Assembly: GCA_039024555.1 (NCBI GenBank)
Contig: JBCCQQ010000005.1
Location: 1 to 64,000, forward strand
Reading direction: 5' to 3'
DNA length: 64,000 nt
Origin: Cyanobacteria bacterium P01_D01_bin.156
Lineage (GTDB): Bacteria; Cyanobacteriota; Cyanobacteriia; Phormidesmidales; Phormidesmidaceae
Part shown: piece after piece, positions 40,108-50,559 of the stretch
How the letters are laid out: each line of letters starts with the position of its first letter
Numbering within the stretch: position 1 is the first letter of the stretch
The notes under the pieces: generated by a model
The model's input: only the letters and a program-made list of their open reading frames with translations
What the model was told of the DNA's origin: nothing
Databases searched by the model: none
Position numbers and translations under genes: made by a program

Positions 40108-40803
40108 ATGCACCAAACCTTTGACGCCGCCCTTGAAATGAACCTGCTCCATGCGAATCAGCAGGGTGCCGATCACAATCGCGCCCATTTTGATCAGTGG
40201 GGCATTACCTGCATCAACTTGATGAGTAGCCCCGGTGCCGGTAAAACTCAGCTATTAGAAGCCACCCTCAGAGACCTAGACAAACTTGAGGTGGCTGTTA
40301 TCGAAGGGGATATGACCACAGAGCTGGACGCCAATCGTTTACGACAGTATGGCGTTCCTGTGGTTGCCATTAATACAGGTCGGGCCTGCCATCTCGACTC
40401 AAAAATGGTAGCAGGTGGCATCCATCAGCTACAGCATGACTACACTCCAGCCACCATTGACTTGGTGGTTGTAGAAAATGTGGGCAATTTGGTCTGCCCT
40501 GCAGAATTTGAAGTGGGAGAGCACACCAAGGTAGCACTGCTTAGCGTTACAGAGGGAGAAGACAAGCCGCTTAAATATCCCGTAATGTTTCGAGAAGCGG
40601 ATTGCTTATTGATTACAAAAACAGATTTAGCCCCCTATCTAGACATTGATTTAGACCAAATTGAGGCAAATGTGCGACAAATTAATCCCAATGTCACCAT
40701 CATTCGTATCTCTGCCAAGACCGGAGAAGGTCTAACCACTTGGTTGGATTGGGTGCGTCAAACAGTAAATGAGCAAGCAAACCGTTTACAGCTCACAGTA
40801 TGA
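40108..40803 (+). CDS. hypB: HypB-like GTPase nickel chaperone (GhaB)
   Basis: [33 protein letters not shown]. Confidence 0.93.
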   Translation: MHQTFDAALEMNLLHANQQGADHNRAHFDQWGITCINLMSSPGAGKTQLLEATLRDLDKLEVAVIEGDMTTELDANRLRQYGVPVVAINTGRACHLDSKMVAGGIHQLQHDYTPATIDLVVVENVGNLVCPAEFEVGEHTKVALLSVTEGEDKPLKYPVMFREADCLLITKTDLAPYLDIDLDQIEANVRQINPNVTIIRISAKTGEGLTTWLDWVRQTVNEQANRLQLTV

Positions 40804-40873
40804 GCACCTAGGGTCCTGTAAAAACGGTATGATTGCTGACCTGCAAAAGGGTTAACGTGTAGTGAGGTACGAA

Positions 40874-41914
40874 ATGCGACGACAACAATTTATATCGACC
40901 TGTTTAGCATTCATCTTTGGGTTGGTAGTGGCCGTGGGCTGTAGGGGCAATGCTCCAAATACGGTCGCTGACCCTACTGAAACAGCAGCGCCTGAAACAG
41001 CGCCTTTAGTAATTGGTTACAGCAACTGGGCTGGTTGGTGGCCCTGGGCGATCGCAGAAAAAGAAGGTCTGTTTGAAACCAACGGGGCTAATGTGGAATT
41101 AAAGTGGTTTGATAGCTACATTGCTTCTATGGAGGCCTTAGCTGCTGGACAGTTGGATGGCAACTGTCAAACCCTTAATGACACTATTTCTTTTGCCGCT
41201 GATGCGGTTAATGGAGAGGTAGCCGTACTAGTAAACGACAACTCAGCCGGTAACGACAAAATTATTGTTACTGAGGATATCAACACCATCCAAGAGCTCA
41301 AAGGGAAAAAAGTTGCCATTGAAGAAGGTGTCGTTGATGACTTCTTATTGACCCTGGCTTTAGAAGAAAATGGCATGTCGCGAGATGATGTGGAAATTTT
41401 ACCCCTGGAAACAGGGGCTGCTGCTGCCGCATTTGCCGCTGGTCAAGCCGATGCAGTAGGGGCATTTCCTCCATTCTGGCTGACTGCCCTTGAACGGGAA
41501 GGTAGTAAGGAACTGATTACCTCCGCTGAGTACCCCGGAGCCATTCCCGACTTGTTAGTTGTGACTCAAAAGGTCATCGATGAACAACCGGAGCAGGTGC
41601 AGGCCTTGATTAATACCTGGTTTGATATTTTGGCCTTTATGGAAGAAAATCCCGAGCGCTCTGATGAAATCATGGCTGAGCGAGCTGGGGTCACCACGGA
41701 AGAGCTGCAGCTCTTTAAAGAAGGGACTCGCATGTTTACCCTGGAAGATAACCTAGAGGCCTTTAGCCCTGGCGATAGCATGAAGCACATGCCCTTTGCG
41801 GCGAAACAAATGGCTGACTTTATGGTGAATGTTGGGTTTATTCCAGAAGCGCCCGACCTGGATACTATTCTGGACGATCAGTTTGTGCGAGCCTACGCCG
41901 AATCAGCAAGCTAA
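40874..41914 (+). CDS. ABC substrate-binding lipoprotein, NMT1/SsuA type (putative guanidine importer)
   Basis: VAVGC lipobox, GYSNWAGWWPW, DNSAGNDKI; operon context. Confidence 0.9.
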   Translation: MRRQQFISTCLAFIFGLVVAVGCRGNAPNTVADPTETAAPETAPLVIGYSNWAGWWPWAIAEKEGLFETNGANVELKWFDSYIASMEALAAGQLDGNCQTLNDTISFAADAVNGEVAVLVNDNSAGNDKIIVTEDINTIQELKGKKVAIEEGVVDDFLLTLALEENGMSRDDVEILPLETGAAAAAFAAGQADAVGAFPPFWLTALEREGSKELITSAEYPGAIPDLLVVTQKVIDEQPEQVQALINTWFDILAFMEENPERSDEIMAERAGVTTEELQLFKEGTRMFTLEDNLEAFSPGDSMKHMPFAAKQMADFMVNVGFIPEAPDLDTILDDQFVRAYAESAS

Positions 41915-41929
41915 GCCAAACTTTTGTTG

Positions 41930-41963
41930 AAAGGAGCCCTAAAAGCCGAAAGGGGCTCCTTTT
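41930..41963 (+). terminator. Intercistronic hairpin
   Basis: AAAGGAGCCCT ... GGGGCTCCTTTT. Confidence 0.6.
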
Positions 41964-42000
41964 ATGTTGTTGCATTGCCCCCCATTACCGCCACACAGCC

Positions 42001-42837
42001 GTGACCTCTGTATCTAATAGTGAGACGTCATCCCCAGTAACCCAAAAACGAACGTCAATCTTCTGGCGATTAGCAGAGGATATTCCCCCTGGTCTGGACA
42101 CCGTACTGCGTCTAATTTCAGTCATTGTGCCCCTTGGCCTCTGGTGGTTAATTGCCAGTTTGGGGGTAGTTAATGCTAAGTTTCTGCCGTCTCCTGTAGA
42201 AGTTATCCAGTCTCTGTGGGTTTTCTGGGAGAAGGGCCTACTGGTGGAAGATACTTTAGCCAGCATTTTTCGAGTTACCACCGGGTTTTTGTTGGCAGCA
42301 ATTCTTTCCATACCTGTGGGTATCGCCATGGGGGCATTTGCCAGCATCCGGGCTCTGTTAGAACCGATTATGGGCATTGTGCGCTACATGCCTGCAACGG
42401 CATTTATCCCACTGTTGATTATCTATTTGGGTTTGGATGAGCCTCCTAAAATAGCTCTGATTTTTATTGGGGTAATTTTCTTCAACACCCTAATGATTAT
42501 GGATGCCGTTAAATTTGTTCCGAAAGACTTGTTGGAAACGACCTATACCTTAGGGGGCTCGAAGCGACAAACCCTATTTCGGGTAATTACCCCCTATGTG
42601 GTTCCCAATATTCTAGATACATTTCGGATTAATATGGCTGCCGCTTGGAACCTAGTCGTGGTAGCAGAGCTTCTCGCAGCTAATGAGGGATTAGGGAAGA
42701 GAATTCAACTGTCCCAAAAGTTTTTTAGGACAGACGATATCTTTGCCTATCTAATTATCCTGGGAATTATTGGATTTATCATTGATCTCTCACTGAGATT
42801 GATTTTACGGCGTACCTGTAAATGGGCGTTTGATTAG
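42001..42837 (+). CDS. ABC transporter permease (SsuC/TauC type)
   Basis: FLPSP, RYMPATAFIPL, AWNLVVVAEL. Confidence 0.92.
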   Translation: MTSVSNSETSSPVTQKRTSIFWRLAEDIPPGLDTVLRLISVIVPLGLWWLIASLGVVNAKFLPSPVEVIQSLWVFWEKGLLVEDTLASIFRVTTGFLLAAILSIPVGIAMGAFASIRALLEPIMGIVRYMPATAFIPLLIIYLGLDEPPKIALIFIGVIFFNTLMIMDAVKFVPKDLLETTYTLGGSKRQTLFRVITPYVVPNILDTFRINMAAAWNLVVVAELLAANEGLGKRIQLSQKFFRTDDIFAYLIILGIIGFIIDLSLRLILRRTCKWAFD

Positions 42838-42893
42838 AGATTTTCTACTGTTACAGGGTATGGGCAACAACAATCCAGACGTCTGAAATCATC

Positions 42894-43661
42894 ATGCATT
42901 TAGAAGTGTCTCAACTGCACAAGCAATTTATGACCGATCAGGGACCGCTTACGGCCCTGGAAAATATAAATTTGCATGTGGAAACAGGAGAATTGATTTG
43001 TGCAGTGGGAGCATCCGGTTCGGGAAAGTCTACGTTACTACGCCTAATTGCGGGGTTGGACTTTCCCACAGCAGGTGAAATTCGGGTAGATGGAGAATTG
43101 GTAACAGGTCCAGGGGCCGATCGGGGCATGGTGTTCCAGCGCTATACCCTCTACCCATGGATGTCGGTTCAAAAAAATGTGGAGTTTGGTCTTAAGCTGC
43201 GAGGTATTTCTAAGATAGAACGCCGAAAACAGGCGTCCTATTATTTGGATATGGTGGGGCTGGCTGACTTTGCTAGCTCGCTACCGAAACAGCTATCGGG
43301 AGGGATGAAACAGCGGGTTGCGATCGCACGAGCCCTAGCCAATCAACCCAAAATTCTGCTTCTTGACGAACCCTTTGGAGCTCTGGACGTACAAACCAAA
43401 GAAACCATGCAGCAGTTTTTGCTCGATCTATGGCAGCGAACAGGCGTCAGCATTTTAATGATCACCCATGATGTCGGTGAAGCCGTTTTTCTAGCCCAGC
43501 GCATCTATGTTATGACAGCTCGACCGGGCACCATTCAACAGGAAGTTCGGGTTAATTTACCCGTTCAGCGCGACTACACCATCAAACGCCAAACCCAATT
43601 TCGTACCTATCAAGATGACATCACCGATCTACTCAGGGACACAAACCCCATATCGCTGTAG
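42894..43661 (+). CDS. ABC transporter ATP-binding protein (SsuB/TauB type)
   Basis: GASGSGKS, LSGGMKQR, LLLDEPFGALD. Confidence 0.94.
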   Translation: MHLEVSQLHKQFMTDQGPLTALENINLHVETGELICAVGASGSGKSTLLRLIAGLDFPTAGEIRVDGELVTGPGADRGMVFQRYTLYPWMSVQKNVEFGLKLRGISKIERRKQASYYLDMVGLADFASSLPKQLSGGMKQRVAIARALANQPKILLLDEPFGALDVQTKETMQQFLLDLWQRTGVSILMITHDVGEAVFLAQRIYVMTARPGTIQQEVRVNLPVQRDYTIKRQTQFRTYQDDITDLLRDTNPISL

Positions 43662-43924
43662 CCAGCCCATGAGTATCTTGCTGAAGAGCTCAAAGGCTCG
43701 TAACACAAACGCTGCGGTATTCTAACTTGGTCACACAGTTAATTCTGGGAAAAATGGTCTCAATGGCAGGTTACCAGTACCAGTCTGTGATGCTCAGCTG
43801 AGACCCATAGCAAAACGGCCCAATGTATCAAGCGTAGCTTTTAGAATTTTTTCTAGGCCTTCTCAGCCAGGCTTCAGAAATAACCTGTAGTTTCGAGAAT
43901 GAAACCCATAAGGAGCAGTGAACG

Positions 43925-45352
43925 ATGGCAGTTGAGTACGATCTTGTTGTAATTGGGGGAGGTTCCGCCGGATTAGTCGCCGCCAGTGCCGGCGCTCAGC
44001 TCAATGCTCGAATTGCTCTAGTTGAAAAACATCTCCTCGGTGGAGACTGTCTGCACTATGGCTGTGTGCCCAGCAAGTCCCTCATCCATGCTGGTCAAGT
44101 AGCTCACCATGTACGCACAGGCTCCCAGTTTGGTATCTACACCTCCACACCCACAATCAAATTTGAAGAAGCCATCAACCACGTTCAAAACGTTATTGGT
44201 GTGATTCAAGAGCACGACTCGACCGAACGGTTTGAAGCATTAGGCGTAGATGTATTTTACGGCTCAGGCAAATTTACCGATGCGCGCACATTTGAGATTA
44301 ACGGAAAGCAGCTCAAAGGTCGCAATTTTTTAATTTCCACAGGTTCTCGTCCGGCAATTCCCCCTATTGAGGGCCTTAAAGAAGCTGGCTTTTTAACCAA
44401 TGAACAAGTTTTTTCCCTCAAAGAGCGTCCCGACTCTTTAGCCGTCATTGGAGCAGGTCCCATTGGTTGCGAGTTGGGGCAGTCCTTTGCTCGATTAGGA
44501 GCAGACGTAACCATTATTGCCAGCCGTAATCAAATTATGCCAAAGGAAGAATCCGAAGCGGCAGCCGTAGTGCAAAAGCAGCTGGAATCTGAAGGTATCC
44601 GAGTCCTTACCCAAAGCCGTGCCCAAAAAGTGGAGGTCATCGACGGCAAAAAGCACCTCTACGTGGGAGATCAAGTCGTGGTAGTCGATGAAATCTTGCT
44701 ATCCACCGGACGTATTCCAAATATAGAATCCCTGGGGCTTGATGCCGCAGGTGTTGACATTGGCAAAGCTGGGATTAAAGTCAATGAAAAACTCCAAACC
44801 AGCGTCAAGCATATCTATGGCGCAGGAGACGTCATTGGTGGCTATCAATTTACCCATGTAGCTGGTTATGAAGCCGCTGTAGTGATTCAAAATGCCCTTT
44901 TCTTACCCACCAAAAAAGCAGATTATCGCGTGATTCCCTGGGCCACCTTCACCGAACCAGAGTTAGCCCGCGTGGGGTTGACGGAAGATCAGGCACGAGA
45001 GCGCTATGGCGATGATATCGCCGTACTAAAGCACGACTTTAAAGATGTTGATCGGGCCTTAGCAGAAGCTGCGGGTTATGGATTTGCTAAGTTTATTACC
45101 CGTAAAAATGGAGAAATTCTAGGAGCTCATATTGTGGGTCCCCATGCTGGAGAACTCATTCATGAAGTTGTCCTAGCCATGAGCTACAAGATGAAGATTG
45201 GCGCTATTAAGAGCATCATCCACGTTTACCCCACACTATCAGAAGTAAATGCTAAGGCCGCTCTTCAGCTGACTAAACAGAGCTACGCTAAAAATGATCG
45301 ACTACAAAATATACTTCGCCGTTTCTTTAATTGGCGGCGTTCCTTAGTGTGA
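43925..45352 (+). CDS. Class I pyridine nucleotide-disulfide oxidoreductase (dihydrolipoyl dehydrogenase/MerA-like family)
   Basis: GGGSAG, GGDCLHYGCVPSK, GAGPIG, HVYPTLSE. Confidence 0.9.
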   Translation: MAVEYDLVVIGGGSAGLVAASAGAQLNARIALVEKHLLGGDCLHYGCVPSKSLIHAGQVAHHVRTGSQFGIYTSTPTIKFEEAINHVQNVIGVIQEHDSTERFEALGVDVFYGSGKFTDARTFEINGKQLKGRNFLISTGSRPAIPPIEGLKEAGFLTNEQVFSLKERPDSLAVIGAGPIGCELGQSFARLGADVTIIASRNQIMPKEESEAAAVVQKQLESEGIRVLTQSRAQKVEVIDGKKHLYVGDQVVVVDEILLSTGRIPNIESLGLDAAGVDIGKAGIKVNEKLQTSVKHIYGAGDVIGGYQFTHVAGYEAAVVIQNALFLPTKKADYRVIPWATFTEPELARVGLTEDQARERYGDDIAVLKHDFKDVDRALAEAAGYGFAKFITRKNGEILGAHIVGPHAGELIHEVVLAMSYKMKIGAIKSIIHVYPTLSEVNAKAALQLTKQSYAKNDRLQNILRRFFNWRRSLV

Positions 45353-45378
45353 ATAGTTAGCATAGATACAACACATTT

Positions 45379-45469
45379 GCTGCTGCTGATGTGTTGTATG
45401 AAACGATCTGTACAACCAGCCAGAGTTATGAATTTGGCAGATAAAATTATCCCCAGGATCAGCAATGCT
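45379..45469. mobile_element. 91-bp MITE copy 3
   Basis: GCTGCTGCTGAT...AGGATCAGCAATGCT; perfect 8-bp flanking duplication ACACATTT (45371-45378, 45470-45477). Confidence 0.85.
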
Positions 45470-45612
45470 ACACATTTTATTGGCTAGGCATGGGTAGCAT
45501 TGGCTCCTGTTGTCAGTGTGATCGCTGTCATGTGCGATGCAAATCAGTTGGGGTAGCATACGCAATATAGTTCCCTAGCAGCGCATCTACTGATTTTTAG
45601 GAGATTCACTCC

Positions 45613-45804
45613 ATGCCTTTTTTACCTTTGTTTGTCGTCATCGGTATCTTTTTAGCAGCGAGTAAAATTCTACAGCCCAAACAACAGCAGGCCGAGTCAA
45701 CGGTAAAAGAATACGACGAGCGTATGTTGAACCAGGCTCTAATTGACTACATTGCTCGCGAAGCTCGCCATCAGCCTAAGAGTAGCAAAGCCTCTAAAGT
45801 GTGA
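45613..45804 (+). CDS. Small membrane-anchored hypothetical protein
   Basis: AGGAG RBS; hydrophobic N-terminus. Confidence 0.55.
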   Translation: MPFLPLFVVIGIFLAASKILQPKQQQAESTVKEYDERMLNQALIDYIAREARHQPKSSKASKV

Positions 45805-46439
45805 GGCGCTATTTTTAGAGATTAACTGATATGCGTTTACAATCTGTGATGGCGCTATCCTAGTCTTTCTTCTAGGGCAGCGTCATCGTTCGGAAACAGC
45901 ATATCCCCTCACCTAGTATTCAGGCCCAATACAGCTTTATTCAGAACATAGGTGATTCCTAAACCTAGAGGATCATCAGCTTAGGTATTATGCTCAGGCA
46001 ACTACAATACCTTGGCGAAAATCTCATGCCTGCATAAGTATAACTACGGTTTTAGCCTTGCTCTAGAATGCTTTAGAAAGATAGAGGAATGTAGGTTTAA
46101 GAGTTCTAGCACTCTATAGCCCCTAGTCAGGCACAGATAACAACATTGTTGAAGTTTATCTTTAGTATCTCAAAACAGTTAGGAAATAAACGGTACCACC
46201 GATTTCCGGTATGGTCTCATCTGTTTTATCTAACTCTCTGATACATCAATAACTTTCATATCCTTTAAACCAACAACAGCATAGTCTTCTGCAGGAACCT
46301 TCCTAGCTCAGATAACCTGCATAAGGCTAACAATAGCAGCCGCTAGCTTTGGGTCTGAGATAACCTAAAAGACCAGCAATCCCTGACCACTCCTTAAACT
46401 ATTAGACCGCAGCATACCAATTCAATTCAAACAGTTCAT

Positions 46440-47168
46440 ATGGCATTCACTAATATTGCATTCAAATTAAGCTCTTTCTATTCCTATTCCCAATGGAGAC
46501 GCTATGGGATTTTAGGGATGGCTGTTGTATTGGGAGCACTTTCATTTCCTGTGGCTACTTTTGGTGCAGATGAAGACCAAGTGCGCCAAGGATTACCAGG
46601 ACGGCGAATTAGTGGAGCTTCACGACTACCCTCTAATGCCTGTATTCAAACAACAGAACCTTTAGTTGCTATTGTTCCTGAAACTAACTTAGGTAAAACT
46701 GCAGTAGCAGAACCAACACTTTGGTTGAGTGTCCCCGAGGTGAACACGGAAAAGCAATTAGAGTTCTATTTGTTTAATGCTCACAATCAGATTATTTATC
46801 AGACGAGCCTGATCGTAAAACCAACCTCAGATTTAGTCGGTTTAGATCTGAGTACTATGGTCAACGCACCTGAGTTAGAAATTGATCAGCGCTATCGTTG
46901 GGCAGCTTCAATCGTATGCAATCCCAATAACATTTCAGAAAATATTTCTGTAGAGGGATGGGTTGATCGAGTTGCCCCATCAACCCCAGAAAATCATGGA
47001 CTTTGGTACGACGACCTGGGGCTATTGGTGGAGCAGTTACAACACCAACCGCACAATCAAGATGTACTAAGCCAGTGGCAGAGACTCATGGCTTCAGCTA
47101 GATTAGACAGAATTGTTCCCACAGAAGTAGATGCTAATTCTGTAAGCATTAGCACTGCAGGTAATTAG
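46440..47168 (+). CDS. DUF928 domain protein
   Basis: PGRRISGASR..C, LVAIVP...GKT..EPTLW..VP, YRW...C, VEGWVDRV, GLWYD. Confidence 0.88.
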   Translation: MAFTNIAFKLSSFYSYSQWRRYGILGMAVVLGALSFPVATFGADEDQVRQGLPGRRISGASRLPSNACIQTTEPLVAIVPETNLGKTAVAEPTLWLSVPEVNTEKQLEFYLFNAHNQIIYQTSLIVKPTSDLVGLDLSTMVNAPELEIDQRYRWAASIVCNPNNISENISVEGWVDRVAPSTPENHGLWYDDLGLLVEQLQHQPHNQDVLSQWQRLMASARLDRIVPTEVDANSVSISTAGN

Positions 47169-47268
47169 TCTCACTAGCCGTATTTTGCCAAGTAAAGGTT
47201 AGAGCCCGGTGCATGGGGCCTTGGAAACAACTGAAAAGTCCTTGTCCAACCGAAATGTTTTGTTATGG

Positions 47269-47655
47269 TTACCGCTGATAGGCAGCCTTTCGTTGACTTA
47301 GTTTCCACAGTCGAAAAATCAGCCGTTCACACTCACGGTCAAGGTTTGCCATAAAAATACCGGCTTCAGGATTGGTATTTGTTCCAATCCAATGCCCTTT
47401 AAAAGTGACTTCAACACAGTCTTCATCTACCTTATCGATGGTGATTTCACTTGAGATATAGCTTCTCAGGGTATCTTCTAACCGTTTCACACCTGGCAAA
47501 GCAACATTTAATAGCAAAGACGCTTGCCCTCGCTCTAGACTTAAGCGCCCACCAGTACGAACAGCCAGCTTTGCTCGATCAGCGATCGCGATATCTGAGG
47601 GGGTATCAACCCATTCCAGCCACAAATCAAAACTAGTGCAATCTAACTTCAACAT
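47269..47655 (-). CDS. Alr0857-family conserved cyanobacterial protein
   Basis: MLKL...L.LE, LAVRTG, GHWI....EAGIF...L...E..IFRLW. Confidence 0.7.
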   Translation of the reverse strand: MLKLDCTSFDLWLEWVDTPSDIAIADRAKLAVRTGGRLSLERGQASLLLNVALPGVKRLEDTLRSYISSEITIDKVDEDCVEVTFKGHWIGTNTNPEAGIFMANLDRECERLIFRLWKLSQRKAAYQR

Positions 47656-48204
47656 TGCGGATAGCCTCCAGATACCTTCGCAGCAAAGGTGCCGTTGGCA
47701 ATGTAGGTATCTTTGCAGGAATGACAGTAAATAAACGTGGTAACTTGCTCTAGCAGCTTGGCTTGGCCAGTGAAAAATGCAACGATTAATTGCTTCAGAC
47801 TAATGCGCACCATGGCAAATAGTTATCAGACAGAATAACGACAGATCATGGGTTGGTTGATAATTTGGTATACGGTCGAGTTTTAGCGTTTAAGCTCTTT
47901 GCAGCCCATAAAGCCATCAAAATTGACCCGCTATCATCTCCATAAAGCGAGGGCAGTAAAAACTTAGAGGATAAAGGTGAGGGGATCAGCGACTGATGTT
48001 AAGCGCGATTTTCTAGGCTATGGTCTTATTTCATGAGATTTTCAGTGTTTTCTAGGTCAGATACTGTAGACCTACAAGTGAACTTTTTAGGCTGCTCACA
48101 ATTAGAAACACATGGCATTGCGATGATTCCAGACTAACCATCAAGCTTTGTTGATTAGTTGTGGTTAACAGTTTTCAACTTCTGAGAAAATCCGTGCATC
48201 TGAT

Positions 48205-48840
48205 TTAAGAATATGTCTGCTGCCGTTCACTCAAGTAAAAATGCCACAGTAGTCTGGCAGCGACCGCTCGCCAAGGGTGCCATTGTGCACTCATGATGGC
48301 TGCCTCTTCAGCGGTGGGACGTTTGGGTAAAGCTTTAACCGTTTGAATGGCTACTTGGAGCGCGAGATCTCCCTTTGGCCAAACATCAGGTCGCCTTAAA
48401 GCCATGAGTAGATAGGTATTGGCCGTCCACACGCCAATCCCCTTAATCCCCATTAAATGGTCTCGCACTGCTCCATCATTTAGGGTTTCTAATTGCCCCA
48501 AAGCCAACGTATTATCTAGTATTGATTGCGCTATAGCCCTACCATAGCCTGTTTTTTGACGACTAAATCCGATTTGTTTGAGGTCTGAGTCAGTTAATTG
48601 TAAAAAGTTTTGGGCCGTTAATGGACTGCAGCGCTTTAGTAGACGGTTATAGGCAGCCTGGGCAGACGCTAGGGAAACTTGCTGTTCGAGAATAATGTGG
48701 AGCAGTGTGGGGAATCCAGGTTCTCGTTGCCAAAATGGAGGCAGGCTGTAACGACTGACGATGGTTGCAAACATGCGATCGCGACTAATCAATTCCTCCA
48801 CAGCTTGTGCCATCATGGCAGGCGTTAATAAATCTGGCAT
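48205..48840 (-). CDS. DNA-3-methyladenine glycosylase II (AlkA/HhH-GPD) family
   Basis: ILEQQVS, GIKGIGVWTA, RPDVWPKGDL, WHPWR. Confidence 0.92.
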   Translation of the reverse strand: MPDLLTPAMMAQAVEELISRDRMFATIVSRYSLPPFWQREPGFPTLLHIILEQQVSLASAQAAYNRLLKRCSPLTAQNFLQLTDSDLKQIGFSRQKTGYGRAIAQSILDNTLALGQLETLNDGAVRDHLMGIKGIGVWTANTYLLMALRRPDVWPKGDLALQVAIQTVKALPKRPTAEEAAIMSAQWHPWRAVAARLLWHFYLSERQQTYS

Positions 48841-48976
48841 GGTTAACCCCAAAGCGACCAGCAACAATAAAGCCAACCGCTTCAGGAACGATTACTCTAC
48901 CGTGATAATTATCAGTGTCAGCCGGTTTCTCAGACTAGGATTAAACCGGTGAAGATTGGTCGCTTTGGATAATCCA

Positions 48977-50104
48977 TCAGTTGGAATACACATCATAATC
49001 AATCGCTCTGGCCGTTCTCACCGGAGGCTCAGGCTCATTTTGAATCGAAGTAATGGCTGTGTACCCCAATGGCAGAGATGCCAAAACACACATCACACCT
49101 GTACCCACTAGGGATAAACGCCTCACCGCTTTAGATGCCCGCAACGCATCCGGATATTGCCCTGTACGATAAAACCGTCTTACCTGACTAGCATAGAGTA
49201 ATGCTGTTACGCCCATCGGTGGAAATGTCACCAGCGCCGCTAATGCCGTTGGCCAATGGCACGGTGGGCAAGGCTGTCCCTTATACAGGTCGTAACCTTT
49301 TTCCCACTCGGGACCACGCACATTTCCGACGTAGCCTATCAACTTAAACTTAGTAAATTCTGAAAGTTCTAACGGCAACAACAGATCACGAATCTGGTCT
49401 GGCAAGCTAAAGTAGCTAATCCCTTCTCCAACCTGTCGTCTTATGGAAATTTCTAACGTCTGTCCCTGTTGTTTTACAGTCACTTCAAACGGCTGAAGAG
49501 ATTGTTGTAAGACATTTTTAACGGGGGCCAAGCCATCTGGCTGAGCTACGGTAGGCACGGCTAGGGCAAGGGAGGCATCATTGAGAGTTGCCAGATGCCA
49601 ATCCGCTTTAGCTCCTGCTAAATCGTTTAAGCTCTGCCGCACATATCCCCGCTGCAAGTAAGCATCGGCTCGATTGGGGTTAATGTCCAAAACCCGATTA
49701 AAATTGACCAGAGCTGCTGCATTGTCGCCCGTCTGTTTATGTAGTAAACCCAGCTGATAATGAGCATCCGTATAGTTTGGATTAGTTTCAATCGCCTGCT
49801 GCCACTGATTAAAAGCATTGGTCAGGTCACCCTGTTTGTAAGAGAGTTGACCTAACTGAAAACAAGCCACCGCTGGTTGCTTGGAACTTGCTGCTGTAAA
49901 GTCATGGTGAGCTTGGTCTAGCTGTTCTAACGCGCTATAGCTAAGACCACGGGAGATATAAACATCAGCTACATTTGGATGGCTATCCAGGGACTGGGTG
50001 AACAGTGCGATCGCAGGTTGGTGATTGCCTTGACGTGCTAGATTACATCCACGCCTGTAGACCAAACGAGCCTTTTGTTGTTCATACCAATTATGTTTAT
50101 CCAT
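48977..50104 (-). CDS. TPR protein with C-terminal CD225/dispanin-like membrane domain
   Basis: About 5 TPR units, then PPCHWPTALAALVTFPPMGVTALLYASQV...GQYPDALRAS.AVRR.S. Confidence 0.8.
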   Translation of the reverse strand: MDKHNWYEQQKARLVYRRGCNLARQGNHQPAIALFTQSLDSHPNVADVYISRGLSYSALEQLDQAHHDFTAASSKQPAVACFQLGQLSYKQGDLTNAFNQWQQAIETNPNYTDAHYQLGLLHKQTGDNAAALVNFNRVLDINPNRADAYLQRGYVRQSLNDLAGAKADWHLATLNDASLALAVPTVAQPDGLAPVKNVLQQSLQPFEVTVKQQGQTLEISIRRQVGEGISYFSLPDQIRDLLLPLELSEFTKFKLIGYVGNVRGPEWEKGYDLYKGQPCPPCHWPTALAALVTFPPMGVTALLYASQVRRFYRTGQYPDALRASKAVRRLSLVGTGVMCVLASLPLGYTAITSIQNEPEPPVRTARAIDYDVYSN

Positions 50105-50559
50105 ATAAATAAATATTCCTGCTGGTTGTAATCACTCTAGAAATCCGCAACCTACCTTCAGGCTCAACAGAAATCAGCGCAACAACAGCACCTCAGGTCC
50201 CAGAGAATTAAATAAATTTAGTGTTTACCACTACCGGATGAATATCAGTAATCCACCACGACTACCCCATCCTTCACATCAATTGTGCTTATTTCCTCAA
50301 GGAATTTCCAACAAAAAAAATTCCTTACAAAAAATCTGCGATATCAAGGGCTTAGCTCATATTGCCTAAACAGGCTAAACCAATGGCCGTAGCCACCCTT
50401 AGTCAATTTTGAATGCTGTGAAAGGACTATAAAGTCTAGCCTTCCCTATTCATCGTTAAATAAACCCTATGTGATGCCCACAACAGTCCATAGTCATCTC
50501 TAAATGAGCTGTGATAGCGTCAGTGAGAATACTGATACAGTGACGCTATCACACCAGCA

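Noticed and set aside
38453..40803. Agmatinase plus hydrogenase maturation genes
   Set aside because: The guanidine-I riboswitch, the GTGWPEPGG motif and the operon layout indicate guanidine hydrolase with its Ni chaperones; no hydrogenase genes are present.
43384..43392. TGGACGTAC matching the tRNA-Val 3' end (possible att site)
   Set aside because: Only 9 bp, inside a conserved ABC ATPase, and on the wrong side of the tRNA; a chance match.
43925..45352. Mercuric reductase merA
   Set aside because: No C-terminal Cys-Cys pair, no NmerA domain and no mer genes nearby.
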